Source: Phaeosaccion multiseriatum
Taxonomy: Eukaryota; Protista; Ochrophyta, other classes
Length of the DNA: 64,000 nucleotides
Assembly: GCA_965112735.1 (NCBI GenBank)
Contig: OZ218953.1
Location: forward strand, 5,580,001 to 5,644,000
Reading direction: 5' to 3'
Below the pieces are notes generated by a model. The model was given only the letters and a program-made list of their open reading frames with translations. It was not told the origin of the DNA and did no database searches. Shown here piece after piece: positions 37,001 through 52,871 of this stretch. Within the stretch, counting starts at the first letter, position 1. Every line of letters starts with the position of its first letter. A program made the translations under genes and the position numbers.

Positions 37001-39789
37001 GTCACAGGCGCATCTGCAGAGGCTGTCTTAGAGTGGTGCGTGTCCTCCGTGGAGGTGGTCGACCCCGGCTCAGGCTATGCGCACTCCATCCCGCCCAAGG
37101 TCACTGTAGAACCCCCCCCGGACAGAAACGAGTTCGCCAACTTCGGCCAAGCCGCCAAAGTGGAGGCCGTACTGAGCGAGTCCCCGGGGGGCCTGATCCT
37201 GACGTCATGGCTGCCCACGCCCACCATGAACCAGGAGGTGACCACTCTGCTGCCATCCAACCTGGTGCCGTCGTACGACCCCTGCCTCGGCAAGTTTTAC
37301 ATCTCTCCGGTGCCCGTGCAGGACCCCAACTATTGCGTGTACTTTGCACAGGACAACTTTGAGGTGTGTATGACCAACATGTGTGCGTGTGTTTGCTTGT
37401 GTACCGTCGTCTCGTGAAGAATGGCGAGCGAAAACTCGACTGTTGAATGGTGGCCCCTCGCTCCGCCCTTTAGGCTCTCCCCTCTTTTCTACTGTCACTC
37501 ATTCGCATTGGGGGGAAATACCCTTACTCCAAGCCGTGGACTTACGCACCCGCACCCGCACACACGCACCCACCCACCCGCGTCCTCCTCCCGTCGTTGT
37601 GCTGCTGTATCACCAACTGCTGCTGCTGTTGCTGCTGCTGTGCGCAGGTGTACCCGTCTGAGAAGATGAGTCGCTACTTCAGCTTCCTGGACGGCCCTCG
37701 CGCCCGCTACCCCGTGGAGAAGGAGCGGCAGCTCGACCTCGGCGTGTTCCTACGCTTTGCGGCCTGCGGGGCGGTGTGCGGATCTGCGGCGCACGCGTTG
37801 CTCGTGCCCATCGACGTGGTGAAGACTCGGATGCAGAGCGAACCCGAGAAATACAAGGGCATGGTGGGGGCCTTTAAGACTATCGTCAAGGAGGAGGGGA
37901 AGGAGGCCTTTTTGCTCGGCGCGGTGAGTGAGGGAGGGAGTGAATGCGTTGTGTGGCGTCGCTCGTCGCTCGTTACCGTGTGTGTGTCCTCTTTCCTCTG
38001 TTCTCTGTTCTTTGGCCCTCCCTTCCGTATGTCCACCCTCCCCCCCTGATGCGATTCCCATCCCCTGATGCCATACCTCACCCCGGCCCTGTCGCTTGCC
38101 CCATCCCGCCTCCTGTGCCTGGCACACCTTTGCGCGCGCACACACACACACAGGGTGCAACGACAGTGGGGTACATGCTCTACGGAGGCTTCTCCTTCGG
38201 ACTAACAGAGTTCTTTAAGCGGAAGTTCGTGGAGTTTGCAGGGCCCGGTCCTGCCGCCCTTTACCCTGTGCCCATCCTGCTGCTTGCGAGTGCCTGTGCC
38301 GCCACCTTCGCAGCCACCGCGGTGACCCCCTTCGAGGCCATTCGCATCCGCACAGTGACTGTGAAGGACTACCCCAAGTCGCTGGTCGGGGCTCTCAAGC
38401 ACGTGAGTAGAGGGAGGAGGGAGTAGAAGGAGCAAAGGGCGGAGGGTGGGGGGCGTGTGAAGGGATGAGGAGCGTTTATGGCAGAGAGCGCCAGGAGGGA
38501 GACAGGGATCTAGCCCTAAGCGTGAGGAGGGAGAGAGGGCCCTAACCTAAGCGTGAGGAGGGAGAGAGGGCCCTAACGTAAGCGTGAGGAGGGAGAGAGG
38601 GCCCTAACCTAAGCGTGAGGAGGGAGAGAGGGCCCTAACCTAAGCGTGAGGAGGGAGAGAGGGCCTTCGCTCATTGGCAGGAGTGTGCTCGAGCTCGCGA
38701 CGCTTTGCCACTCCAATTCGTTGGATCCCTTCTAATCGCTCCCTCCCCCCCCCCCCGCCTCTGTTTGTCCCTCAGACGCTCGAGACCGGCGAAGTGGGAG
38801 ATCTTTTCTACGGCGTACCCGTGCTGCTCCTCGCGGAGATTCCCTTCATGATGACCAAATTCGCGGTGTTTGACTTCACCTCCAAGCTTACGTACTCGCT
38901 CTTCCCCGTGGCCGCCGACTCTGTGACGCTGTCCCTGCTCGTGTCGTTGGTGAGCGGCATGATCGCCGGAGTGATGGCGAGTCTCGTGTCGCAGCCCTCG
39001 GACACCATCATGACGGAGGTCAGCGAGGGCGGGCATGAGGCGGGGGAAGCGGAGGGAGGGGAGGCAGGGGCTGGGGCAGGCAGGGGGGAGTACGAGGAGT
39101 CGGGCATCGAGAGCTCTTTGGTAGCAGCGGCAGAGTCCAAGGTTGCAGCCCTCGCACTCGCCGCCACAGAGGCGGAGGGGGGAGGAGGCGGGGAGGAGGG
39201 AGGATTGCTCGCAGAAGCGGCTGCCGAGGCGGAGGCGGCGGTGGCGGCGCTGGCACTCGCGGCCAAGGGAGGCGCGGAGGAAGAGCTGCAGCCCGGCCTG
39301 GCCCTCGCAGCCGTCAAAGGCGTGGAGGAAGCGGCATCTGTGGGGCAGAACGGTCTCGTCGATGAGGAGGGGGGGCTGACAGCAGCAGCGGCACCAGCAG
39401 CAGCAGCACCAGCAGCAGCAGCAGCGTCAGCAGCATCAGCAGCAGCGGCGGCGGGAGATGCGACAAGCTCTCTTTCCGCACCCGAGGCCCCTCCCGTACC
39501 GCAGGAGTTGCACAAGCCCGGCGGTGTGAACATTCCCGAGGTGGCGGCTCGGCTCATCAGGGAGGGTGGAGGTCCCTTAGCGCTCTACAGCGGAGCCCTC
39601 CCGCGGTCCATCAAGAGCGCCGTGAACATCGCGGTGCAGTTCTTCCTGTACGACTTCTGCAAGCGTGTGGCCATGGTGTCCCCGGACGACATCAAGGTGT
39701 TCTTTGACGTCATGTCCGGCCTTGAGGTGAATGATCCGGGCCTCGCATCCAAAATCATCTCGGGGGCCGCCAATATCCCCACCCCGTGA
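34039..39789 (+). CDS. Mitochondrial-carrier-family (phosphate-carrier-like) protein with a plastid presequence, twin-Arg motif, EF-hand and GSGY beta-repeat N-terminal extension; multi-exon
   Basis: Signal peptide + TAFSL; LTRRDLL; EF loop DLNKDGEVDKEE. Carrier signatures PIDVVKTRMQ, PFEAIRIR and QPSDTIM. PiC-like motifs GY..G.F.FG..E.FK, IP..M.KF and VSQP. An alternative start lies at 33979. Confidence 0.8.
38515..38665. repeat. Intronic 31-bp minisatellite (CCTAAGCGTGAGGAGGGAGAGAGGGCCCTAA) x~5
   Basis: Near-identical head-to-tail copies with no spacers. Confidence 0.9.
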
Positions 39790-40522
39790 GCGAGTACGAG
39801 TGAGAAGGAGTGGGTGGTACGAGTGTGAGTACGAGTGAGAAGGAGTCGTGCGTGAAGCGCTACTCTTGGCATTATACTAACTGTTTTACAGCACCTTTTT
39901 TATTATTATTTTTATTATTATTATGTTTGCAATAACAAAACTTGCACAAGACAAAAGGACAGCGGACAGAGGAAAGAGCGGGGTGTCGGAGGAGAAGGGG
40001 GAAGCGATATACTGAAGGGGGAGGGGGCACCGAGGACATGTAGAACAAAAGATTTTCATGAATACGTAACATACAATTATACGACTATAAAGTATTACGA
40101 TATGAAAATATGAGAGAGACCGCCTTGAGATGGAAGCGGTACGGTCAGGCAGTGCAGTAAGGCAGCACAAGGCAAACCACACCACACGCCATAATTACAC
40201 AGTCACACGCTGCCTCTCCCCCTCACAGCAGAGCAGAGCAAAATTGTATGACCCGCGGCGACTCTGCAATCGTCCCAGAGACTCTCCTCTCCTCTCCTCT
40301 TCTCTTCTCGTTCCACTCTCAAGAGCATGTGCTCCCCCCTCCACGCTCCACTAATTACACCACTATCCACTCTGTGAACTTGATCACTCCACTCAACACA
40401 CTTCACTGCAGCACCCAAACACCACCGGAGAGAGGAGCACACCTCACACCTGTCTGTGTCCCTTGTACGTGGCGCTGCCAAGCCTCAGCCTCACTTCAGA
40501 ACACCTCACTGGACCACTCAGT

Positions 40523-44056
<3,534 letters not shown>

Positions 44057-44708
44057 GGCTGCCGTCTGTTCGCTCAGGTAGCAGCAGGAGTCGCGAATAC
44101 AAAGCCTGCAATAGGTCCTGCGAGCAAAGCGGAAGCGGAAGGGTTATTGTAAACCGTGCTTCCCAAATTGTGGGACCTCCTCCCTTCTTCCTCAAGTGGA
44201 GCAGTCTGAACGACGACTATACAAGGCGAAGAAATCTGTCACTCAACAAGCACCCCTCACACCATTGTCAGCCCCTATGGGACGAACACTCTGCTGGACA
44301 AGGACAGAATTGAGCGTGAGAGGGAGAGCAAGACGGAAGGACTTTTCCTCCGCCACCCGTCCTATTTCGGGGCTGCAGATGGATAGCAGCAAGAGCAGTA
44401 CGCTCTTCTTTGTTCATTAGGGTGTATACAAGCTTTACCTGGCTTCTCGCGACGTTTTTTTTTTGTCTTTCGGGTATTTAAAGTTAGACAGGATTCGTGG
44501 GGGGGGAAAAAAGGATGGCACCAGACGGGTAGCCAGCTAGCCAGCTCGATCTCACCCTCACCCTCCCCTGGTGATTATCTCAAAGCTCCTCCAATCCGAT
44601 TGACCGAAAGAGAGGGGAAACACACAGCATAGAGCAGCGACGAACCTCTCCTCGGCTGCTGCAGCAAGCGCCAGGAGCGGAGGGGGGGGGTTAGGGCGAG
44701 GGAAAGTC

Positions 44709-47700
44709 ATGAGATCGAGCAAGCCCGGCGGCGGCTTCAAAGCAAACCTAAGCGGCAGCAATGGGCTCCGGGGAGGCGCAGGAGGGCCCTCTGTCAAGAA
44801 GAAAATGGTCATCAAGGTAGGCGGGTGGTCGGTGGAGGTTGTAAAGGTTGCACGTGTTGGTCTTCCACTATTGCCTCTGCTGTTAGATATTTGGCGGGGA
44901 GGGGGGGGTGCAGCAGAGTGTTTGGAGCTGATCAGAGGCACCTCCTCTATGTTGCTTTCAATTTTGCAGCGAAAGAAGGCCAGTGTAGGGAAGGAGAGAG
45001 AGGGCTGGTGAGTGTGAACGAACAAAGAGCTCCTCCTGTGCATTCATTCGCCCCTCAGCCCATTGACATGCGTCCCTCCCTCCCCCCCAAACCTGTGAGG
45101 TCAGCCCTTTAAGGTCCAGCCTAAGCTGCCCGAGGGCTTCGAGGACGCCACCTGGGAGAAGCTGCGAGAGGGCGTGGTGGCCGTGTTCGCCAACAAGTCT
45201 GTCGCCTCGAGCAGGGAGGAGCTGTACCGGGCGGTTGAGGACGTGTGCGTGCACAAGCTTGGGCCCAAGCTCTACCAGCGGCTCTCCGCAGAGTGCGGTG
45301 AGTCACCAGTCAGTCCCTCTGCACTGGATGTGATAGTCAAGGACTTTGGGGAGAAGGGTAGGAGTGCAAGGCAAGGGCCTGACCTGGACTCTCGGAGCTT
45401 GCCTCCTTACCCCGCGGAGCCCCCTTTCTGCCGTCCGTCCTCTTTGTCCCCCTCACCCCCTCCCTCTCGCATGCGCCAGACTCCCATACCAAAGCCAAAA
45501 TCGACTCTCTCTCTAATCAAACGCCGGACTGCAGCGCATTTCTGCAATTGGCCAACAGCTGCTGGAACGACCACTGCGACCACTTGCTCGTAAGTACAGG
45601 AGGGAAGACCGCCCTCTTCTTGTTCTCTCCATCTCACAGCACGCCATCACAGAGACTTACCCTGCTTTTACCCTGCTCTTACGCTCTGTTCTTTCCCTGC
45701 CCCCCCCCCCTTATTCTGCACTCTCTCCGCCGTCCAGACCGTTCGAAACATCTTCCTCTATTTAGACCGAAGCTTCGTGCTGCCGGACCCGTCCCTGCGG
45801 AGCATCTGGGACATGGGGCTGCACTACTTCCGCAGGTATGGAAGGAACAAGGGTGTGAGAGGGGCCTTTTTGTTCGGCTTTGGGGTTCGGGGTGGACCAT
45901 CCCAAGCCATCCCAGCCCAACCTAGGAGTTGAGAAGGACTGAATGAGTTGGTGGTCCAAGCGGAGGGAGAGGGGAGTAGGTAGAGGACAGCGCATCTGTC
46001 CTTTAGTCTCTTCCAAGTGTCCTGTCCAGCCCTTCCTCTCGGCGCCTGTTGCCTTCGCTAACGCGCCCCCTTCTATGTGCCATGTGATGTGCGCTTGGTT
46101 GGGTGGGTTGTCTTGGGACGATCTCTTCATCCACTCCCTTGCTCAGCCATCTGTTGGCGTCGACAGAGGTGAAGGAGAAGCTAGTGGCAGGGCTGCTGGA
46201 CCTCATCGAGCGAGAGCGCAAGGGGGAGGACGTGGACAAACAGCTCATCCGATCGCTGCTTCGCATGCTCAGCGCACTCGGGCTGTATACAGAGCAGTTC
46301 CAGGGCCGCTTCTTGGCGGAGACGGAGCTGTTTTACAAGGCGGAGGGCCTGAGGTACATGACCTCGTCGGATGTGCCCCACTTCCTCAGGTGAGACGCAG
46401 CAGCAGAGCGACAGGGCGAGGGAGAGAGGGCCATGCAGAGACAGAGAGGGAGGGCCTTCGGGTGTGGAGACAGAGAGGGTAGGCCTTAAGGGTGTGGAGA
46501 CAGAGAGGGTAGGCCTTAAGGGTGTGCAGACAGAGAGGGAGGGCCTTAGGGTGTGCAGACAGAGAGGGGCCTTAAGGGTGTGCAGACAGAGAGGGAGGGC
46601 CTTAGGGTGTGGAGACAGAGAGGTTGTGGCTGACGGGCCGCTCCTTGCGCTTGCTTCAAAGCCTCGTGCGCACGGGGAGAGGGGCGCTCGTTGGTGGTTG
46701 GTGGGTTCGTTGCTTGATCGGTCGGTCGGTCGGTGTCCAAGCTCCCACTGATACTAATTCATGTCATCCGTCTCCTGAACTGAGCGGAAGTGAAGTGGAC
46801 TGAAGTGAACTCTCTCGTCTATTGCAGGCACGTGGAGCTGCGTCTGTCGCAGGAGGCGGAGCGCGTGGTGCAGTACCTGTCCGAGCACACTCGGAAACCC
46901 CTCGTGGCGTGTGTGGAGGGCACGCTGCTGGTACCGCACACAGGGGCCGTGTTGGAGAGGGGCTTCAAGGCGCTGCTTGACGGGCACCGCCTCACGGACC
47001 TGCAGAGGATGTACACGCTGGTAAGAGGAGGAAGCTGCAGCTGGAGGGACTAGAGGGACTAGAGGGAGCTGGGTCAGTCAGTCAGTCAGCCAGTCAGTCA
47101 TTCAGTCATTCAGTCATTGAGTCAGTGAGTCAGTGAGTCAGGTCAGGGTGTAGAGGACCCTTTTGCCACTGGGGCCCTGTTCTGTTCATGTTACAACAGA
47201 TCAATCGTGTGTTTGAGTGGGATTACTTCGTTCGTCCTGACACAGCGTTGCTTTGCTGCACCCACCTATACACTTGACTCAATCCCCACCCCATGTGTGT
47301 GTTGCGTGTGATGTTCGACATGTGTCATGGTCGTGCTCATGACTCTGCTCTCTCTCTCTCTCTCTCTCTTCAGTTCGCTCGAGTGGACGCTCTGCCGCAG
47401 CTGAAGCAGTGCCTGCACGAGTGCGCGTACAACTTCGGTTACGCCATCATCATGGACAAGGAGAACGACAAGGACATGGTGCTCAACCTGCTCGCCTTCA
47501 AGAAGAAGCTTGACGAGGTAAGGGGTGGCGTCATATCCTTTCGTGTTGGGAAGGAGGAGGAGGAAGGAAGGAACGGCGCTCTGCTGCGAGCACGGTAGCA
47601 GCACGCGCAACGCCGGCCCGCACACACATTCTTGTTAGCGCCACAGACAGTCGTGCTAGCCCCACAGAATGCTCGCCCCGTCACTCGACCACAAGCCTGT

Positions 47701-50555
47701 TGCTTCTTCCGCTGCCCCCCACCACATGGCGGATCGTACCGGTATACTAAACTGAAACTGCAACACACTCAACGCACTGTCCCTCCGCCCTCCCTCCGTC
47801 ACCACAGGTGCTGCTGCGTTCCTTCAGCAAGAACGAGCAGTACGCCTACGCCCTGAAGGAATGCTGGGAGAGGTTCGTCAACGAGGGAAAGGGCAGACAG
47901 AACAGGCCGGCCGAGCTGCTGGCCAAGTTTGTGGACGCCAAGCTCAAGGGGGAGAAGGGCATGGCGGACGATGACGTAGAGGCGCTGCTCGACAGGTAGG
48001 TACAGGGAGAGGGAGAGAGAGAGACAGGGGGGGGTGGAGTGTGTATGTGTGTGTGAGAAGAGAGGATGGGAGGGAGAGTGAGAGAGAGAGTAATGCTCTG
48101 CCTAATTCCTCCCCCATCCCCCCCCCCCTCTCTGTATGTGTGCGCTCATCTCTCTCTCTCTCCCTCTCAGACTGATGGAGCTGTTCCGCTTTGTGCACGC
48201 CAAGGACGTGTTTGAGGCCTTCTACAAGAAGGACTTGGCCAAGCGGCTCCTGCTGCAGAGGTATGCATTCGATGTCGGCACATCGAATATCGACGTGTCG
48301 TCGATATCTTGATCGATATCGTATTGTGTTTATGGTCTGAGAAACTGCACCTGAACCCCCCTTTCACCACCCCCAGGTCCTCCTCGTTCGACCTGGAGAA
48401 GAGCATGATCTCCAAGCTCAAGACGGAGTGTGGCAGCGCCTTCACCACCAAGCTCGAGGGCATGTTCAAGGATATCGACCTCTCCAGGGACCTCATGAAC
48501 AACTACAGGTAAGTGTGTGTGTGTGTGTGTGCGCGCGTTTGTGTGTTTTTACCTGACTCTTGTCGGGCTGCCCTTCCCCCTTCCCAGTCAATACCTGCGG
48601 GACCGCACTCTGGAGCCACGCTTCTTCTCCAGCGACAAGGCCAAGGAGGTGGACGTTAACGTGCAGGTCTTGACCACAGGTTAGTTGGCTTAATTAGTTG
48701 ACTTTGTCAGTTAGCTTGTTACTTCATTTGTCTACTGTGAAAGTGGAGCACCCTCGCAGGGCACGGTTCCAAACGGTACGCTCCCCCACGGGCCCTGGGC
48801 CTGGGTGTGGGCACACACGTGCCTCGCCTAAATGTCCCTCTCTCACACACCACCCCGCCCTGGAACCTTGCTCCTCTGCCCCCCGCCCCTACCCCTGCCC
48901 CTGCCCTTTTGTGCTTGACTCTTGTGTGCTTGACTCTTGTGTGCTTGACTCTGTGGTGCGGTACTGCGCGTCAGGCTACTGGCCCTCATACCCGCCTATG
49001 GAGTTGACTGTGCCCTTCGAGCTGTCCGAGCACATGGACAAGTTCACCACGTATTACATGGGCAAGTACCAGGGAAGGAGGATCATGTGGCAGCACGGGT
49101 GAGTGGATGGCAGTGGATGGGTGAGGGGGTGGCAGTGGATGGGCAGGAGGGGAGGGGGAGTGAAGGAGGATCATGTGGCAGCACGGGTGAATCGATAATG
49201 TGCAGGGCAAGAAGGGCATTTGTCCCTTGTTCAACCTCTTCCCCCCTTCCCCTCCCTCCGTGCCTTGTTTCTCGTGTTCGTTGGAAAGGCTCGGGCACTG
49301 CGTACTCAAGGCAGTGTTCCCCAAGGGCAAGAAGGAGCTTGCGGTGAGCCAGCTGCAGGTAAGGAAGGGGTGAGCCCTTCATCTAAGCTGGGGGCGGGGC
49401 GATGCGCCTCTGCAGCTGCCCTTCTCACAAGCGGAGCTTCATGCTGCTGCCCTCCTCCGGCCTTTATTTAGTTTGTCACTTGGCCTCGCTGAACCTTACC
49501 TCCTTGCCTTTCTGTTGCCGTGGGCCCCTGCTTCCCTCCCCTTCCTCCCTCCCTTCCCCCCTCCCTCTTACCTCCCCTGCCCAGGCTATCGTGCTGCTGC
49601 TGTTCTCCTCCGTGGACTGCTTGACGCTGGAGGAGATTAAGGCCGCCACTCTCATTGAGGATGGAGAGCTCCGGAGAGTGCTCCAGTCGCTGGCGTGTGG
49701 CAAGGTGTGTGTGTATGTGTGCGTGTGTGTGTCTTGTGTGTGTTTTGTGTGTGTTGTGTGTGTGCATGTGTGTCTTGTATGGCAAGGTGTGAAGTGAGAT
49801 TTTGCATACTCTCTGTCTGCGCGTACGTGACGTTGCGTTGCGTGCAGTGCAGTGTGTGCTCTGTGGCTGGGAGTGTTGCGCCTCCATCCTCCCAAGGCCA
49901 AGTGGTCTTTTCTTGACGTACCCTTCCCCTCATAGGTGCAAGGCCGTGTGCTAAAGAAGAGCCCCAAGGGCAAGGAAGTGGAGGATGGAGACTCCTTCCA
50001 CTTCAACAGTGACTTTCAACAGAAGCTCTTCCGCATCAAGATCAACTCCATCCAGCTCAAGGAGACGGTGCAGGAGAACGAAAAGACGCACGAGGCCGTC
50101 TTTCGGGACAGGCAGTACCAAGTAAGTCAGTGAGAGGAGTGGGGTTGGGGTGTGGCCGAGAGGGGAGGGAGGGAGGGCACGCACACAAAGCGGATGAGCT
50201 GCTGGTGTGCACAGTTTTGGACGGTCCGTGCGAACTACTCTCCACCGACACTTTGCGACTGTACTCCGCTCTGCTCTGCCCAACTGGCTGCTTCCATCCA
50301 TCCATCCATCCATCTTGCTCCACTCTTTGCACTGCCCAACTCTCTCCACCCCCCCCTAAGGTGGATGCGGCCATCGTGCGAATAATGAAGAGCCGTAAGA
50401 CTCTCTCGCACCAGCTGCTTGTGAGCGAGCTGTTCGGACAGCTCAAGTTTCCCGCCAAGCCCGTGGACCTGAAGAAGCGCATAGAGAGCCTCTTGGAGAG
50501 GGAATACCTCGAGAGAGACCCCAACACGCCGGGCATGTACAACTACCTGGCATAG
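44709..50555 (+). CDS. CUL4: Cullin-4; about 14 exons
   Basis: [44 protein letters not shown]; NIFLYLDR; [11 protein letters not shown]; [12 protein letters not shown]; [17 protein letters not shown]; [27 protein letters not shown]; [10 protein letters not shown]; [13 protein letters not shown]; [18 protein letters not shown]; [21 protein letters not shown]. Confidence 0.95.
46439..46623. repeat. Intronic ~30-bp minisatellite (AGACAGAGAGGG(A/T)(G/A)GGCCTTA(A)GGGTGTG(G/C)) x~6
   Basis: Visible tandem copies in a CUL4 intron. Confidence 0.85.
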
Positions 50556-51329
50556 GAGGGACTCCGCGATCATGCATGTATACAACTACCTAGGATGAGA
50601 AGAGAAGACTTGACATGAGAATGGAGGACTTGGGGCATGCATGTACAAAGAGAAACTGCTTGTGTCTCACTCACTCCGGCGGCCACAGGAGCAGCTCTCA
50701 CTCATGGCTGCAGCACAGTGAGCAGGGGAAGGGGAAGGAAGTGCGCCCTCCGTCTTTGGGCAACGTCGAGCGAATCGGCAATGTGTTCTCTGTTTTGGAT
50801 ATCGCGACATGGAGGACCTCCACTCCCACCCCCACCACAGCTAAGCAGCAGTAGCAGCAGCAGCAGCGGACGTACCGAGGAGGTGAGATGGAGATGGAGC
50901 GCTGCTCTGCTCTGCTCTGATGCGGGGCCAGCTGCAGTGCACAGGCTGTAGTGCAGTGCCCGTCCCTCCACAGGGCCCTCCATCCGGTGGGGCTGTGGGA
51001 CTGTGGGACTGTGGACTTGCTCTGCTCTTCGAAGAAGAGCCTCCGTCTTCGAAGAAGAGATACGAGGAGCATATGGAAAGCCCGAAGCCCGCGCAGTGTC
51101 AGAAGCTATGGGCGCGAGGCTGAAGCGACGGCCCCTGTCCCTGCCGTGTGGCAATGTGCAGTAAGGGCAGCGGGGCAGTAGGCGCGGCAGTGTGTTCCTC
51201 CCGAGCGGCCCTTGGGATCGGAACTATGTTAATAGAATGTTAAATTGGGTTTCGCCAACAGGAGGTGCTACGCCCCCTCTCGATCATCAAGTATCGATGC
51301 ATCCATCCCCCCTCTCTACTGTGTACAAG

Positions 51330-52829
51330 CTATTCCAGACTTGGCGGCCCAAAGAGCGTCGCTTCGTGCAGCAGCAAGGCCTCCGCCGCTCGAATCCGCC
51401 GAAAGTGCTCTCCGTCATCCGCACACCCCTTGTTGGGCCACCAGGAGGGGACCTGGGGGGCAGAGGGGCGGAGGAGGGGGGTGAGTCATTCGGAGCTCGA
51501 GAGAGGACGGCACGACTCGGAAGTGCAGAGCAGAAGAACGTCGTACGCTCTCGCTCCACGCCATGGGTGGTCGTTCGCGAGGGGAATCGTTGAGGGGAAG
51601 CGCACACCCAGCCCAGCCACAAGCAATCGCAGATCATCCAATCGTCCGGCAACGCAACACAGCACAACTTGTCTTCTCACTCACGCACACACGCACCTTT
51701 CTTTGGCGTTCTTTCTGGGCCTCCAAGGCCTTCTCCTCCTCCTCCCCTTGCTGCTGGAGCTCGGGATGGAGCACAAGCACGAACTTGCCGTCCTGAAACG
51801 TTTTGTACTGACGCGCACGGAGGCTGCGCGGAGAGGTGGCTCGGTCTTGGAGCGAGTACACCAGGCTGAAGGGGTTATCGCGGAAGGGGAAGTCGGGGCC
51901 GAACCAGGCTACCTGCTCAGGCGCAAGCAAGGAGGTATGTGTGTGTAATGTGTGGGTGGATGGGCGCGTGCGTGCGTGGGGAGGCGGGTGGTGAGCGAGG
52001 ATGAAAGAAAGAGATACGGCCGTGAGAAGGGGCGAAGCAAGGTTTGCCGCAAGCAATAGCAAGCACTGCGTGTGTCCAGAAAACGAAATGCGGACGGAGG
52101 CAGCAGTTAACCACCAAATCATGAACGTTCTAAGACAAGCAAGGGCCTGCCCTACCACAAGCATAGATGGCACTTGAGGGTGTAATATATAGACTGCCCT
52201 ACCGCTTACCAGCTCCTTGCAGTCCCCCAGGAAGTCGAGCTTGCTGCGCACCGCGAGGAGAAGGTTGGAGCCTCCCCACACGAAGGGAAGGTCCTTCTTA
52301 CTGCAGCCCGTGCTACCGTCCTCCTTGGCTTGCTGCCGCTGCCGTTGGCGCTGCTGTCGCGGTTGCTGCACCTCACTTCGGTCACGATCTTCTCTTGCCC
52401 CCCCATCCAACCCGCCCCCTTCCTCCTTCTCCCCCTCCTTCTCCTCCTCCTCCTCTTCCGCCTCCTCCTCGTCTTCCTCTTCCCGCTCGCCCTCCCCCCC
52501 TGCTTCCTTGCGCAATATCTCACGCCACTTGCCCACCGCCTCCACGACATCGAGTGTGACGGTGTGCATCCCAAGCACCGCCCTTCCCCTCCAGTCCTTG
52601 TCTGGGTCGCAGCCCCCCTCTGGCGGCCTATACGGCCCTAACATGGCCAGCAGCTCCTCGAACACCTTGTGTTGGATGGAGTACAGCTGCGCCCCCCGGA
52701 AGCGCTCGAGCGACGAGCTTAAGCAGCGCCGGACCTCTCTCACGTACTTCTCGTGTGCGATGGCACAGCGTATCACATGGCTCTCGGCGGCGAGGCGAGC
52801 GGGACTGACGAGGTGCTGCGGTATCACCA

Positions 52830-52871
<42 letters not shown>

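Noticed and set aside
38515-38665. 31-bp repeats of CRISPR-like length
   Set aside because: There are no unique spacers and no cas genes, and the repeats lie in a eukaryotic intron. This is a minisatellite.
50600-51330. Short ORFs between CUL4 and the next gene
   Set aside because: No recognisable motifs; likely convergent 3' UTRs.
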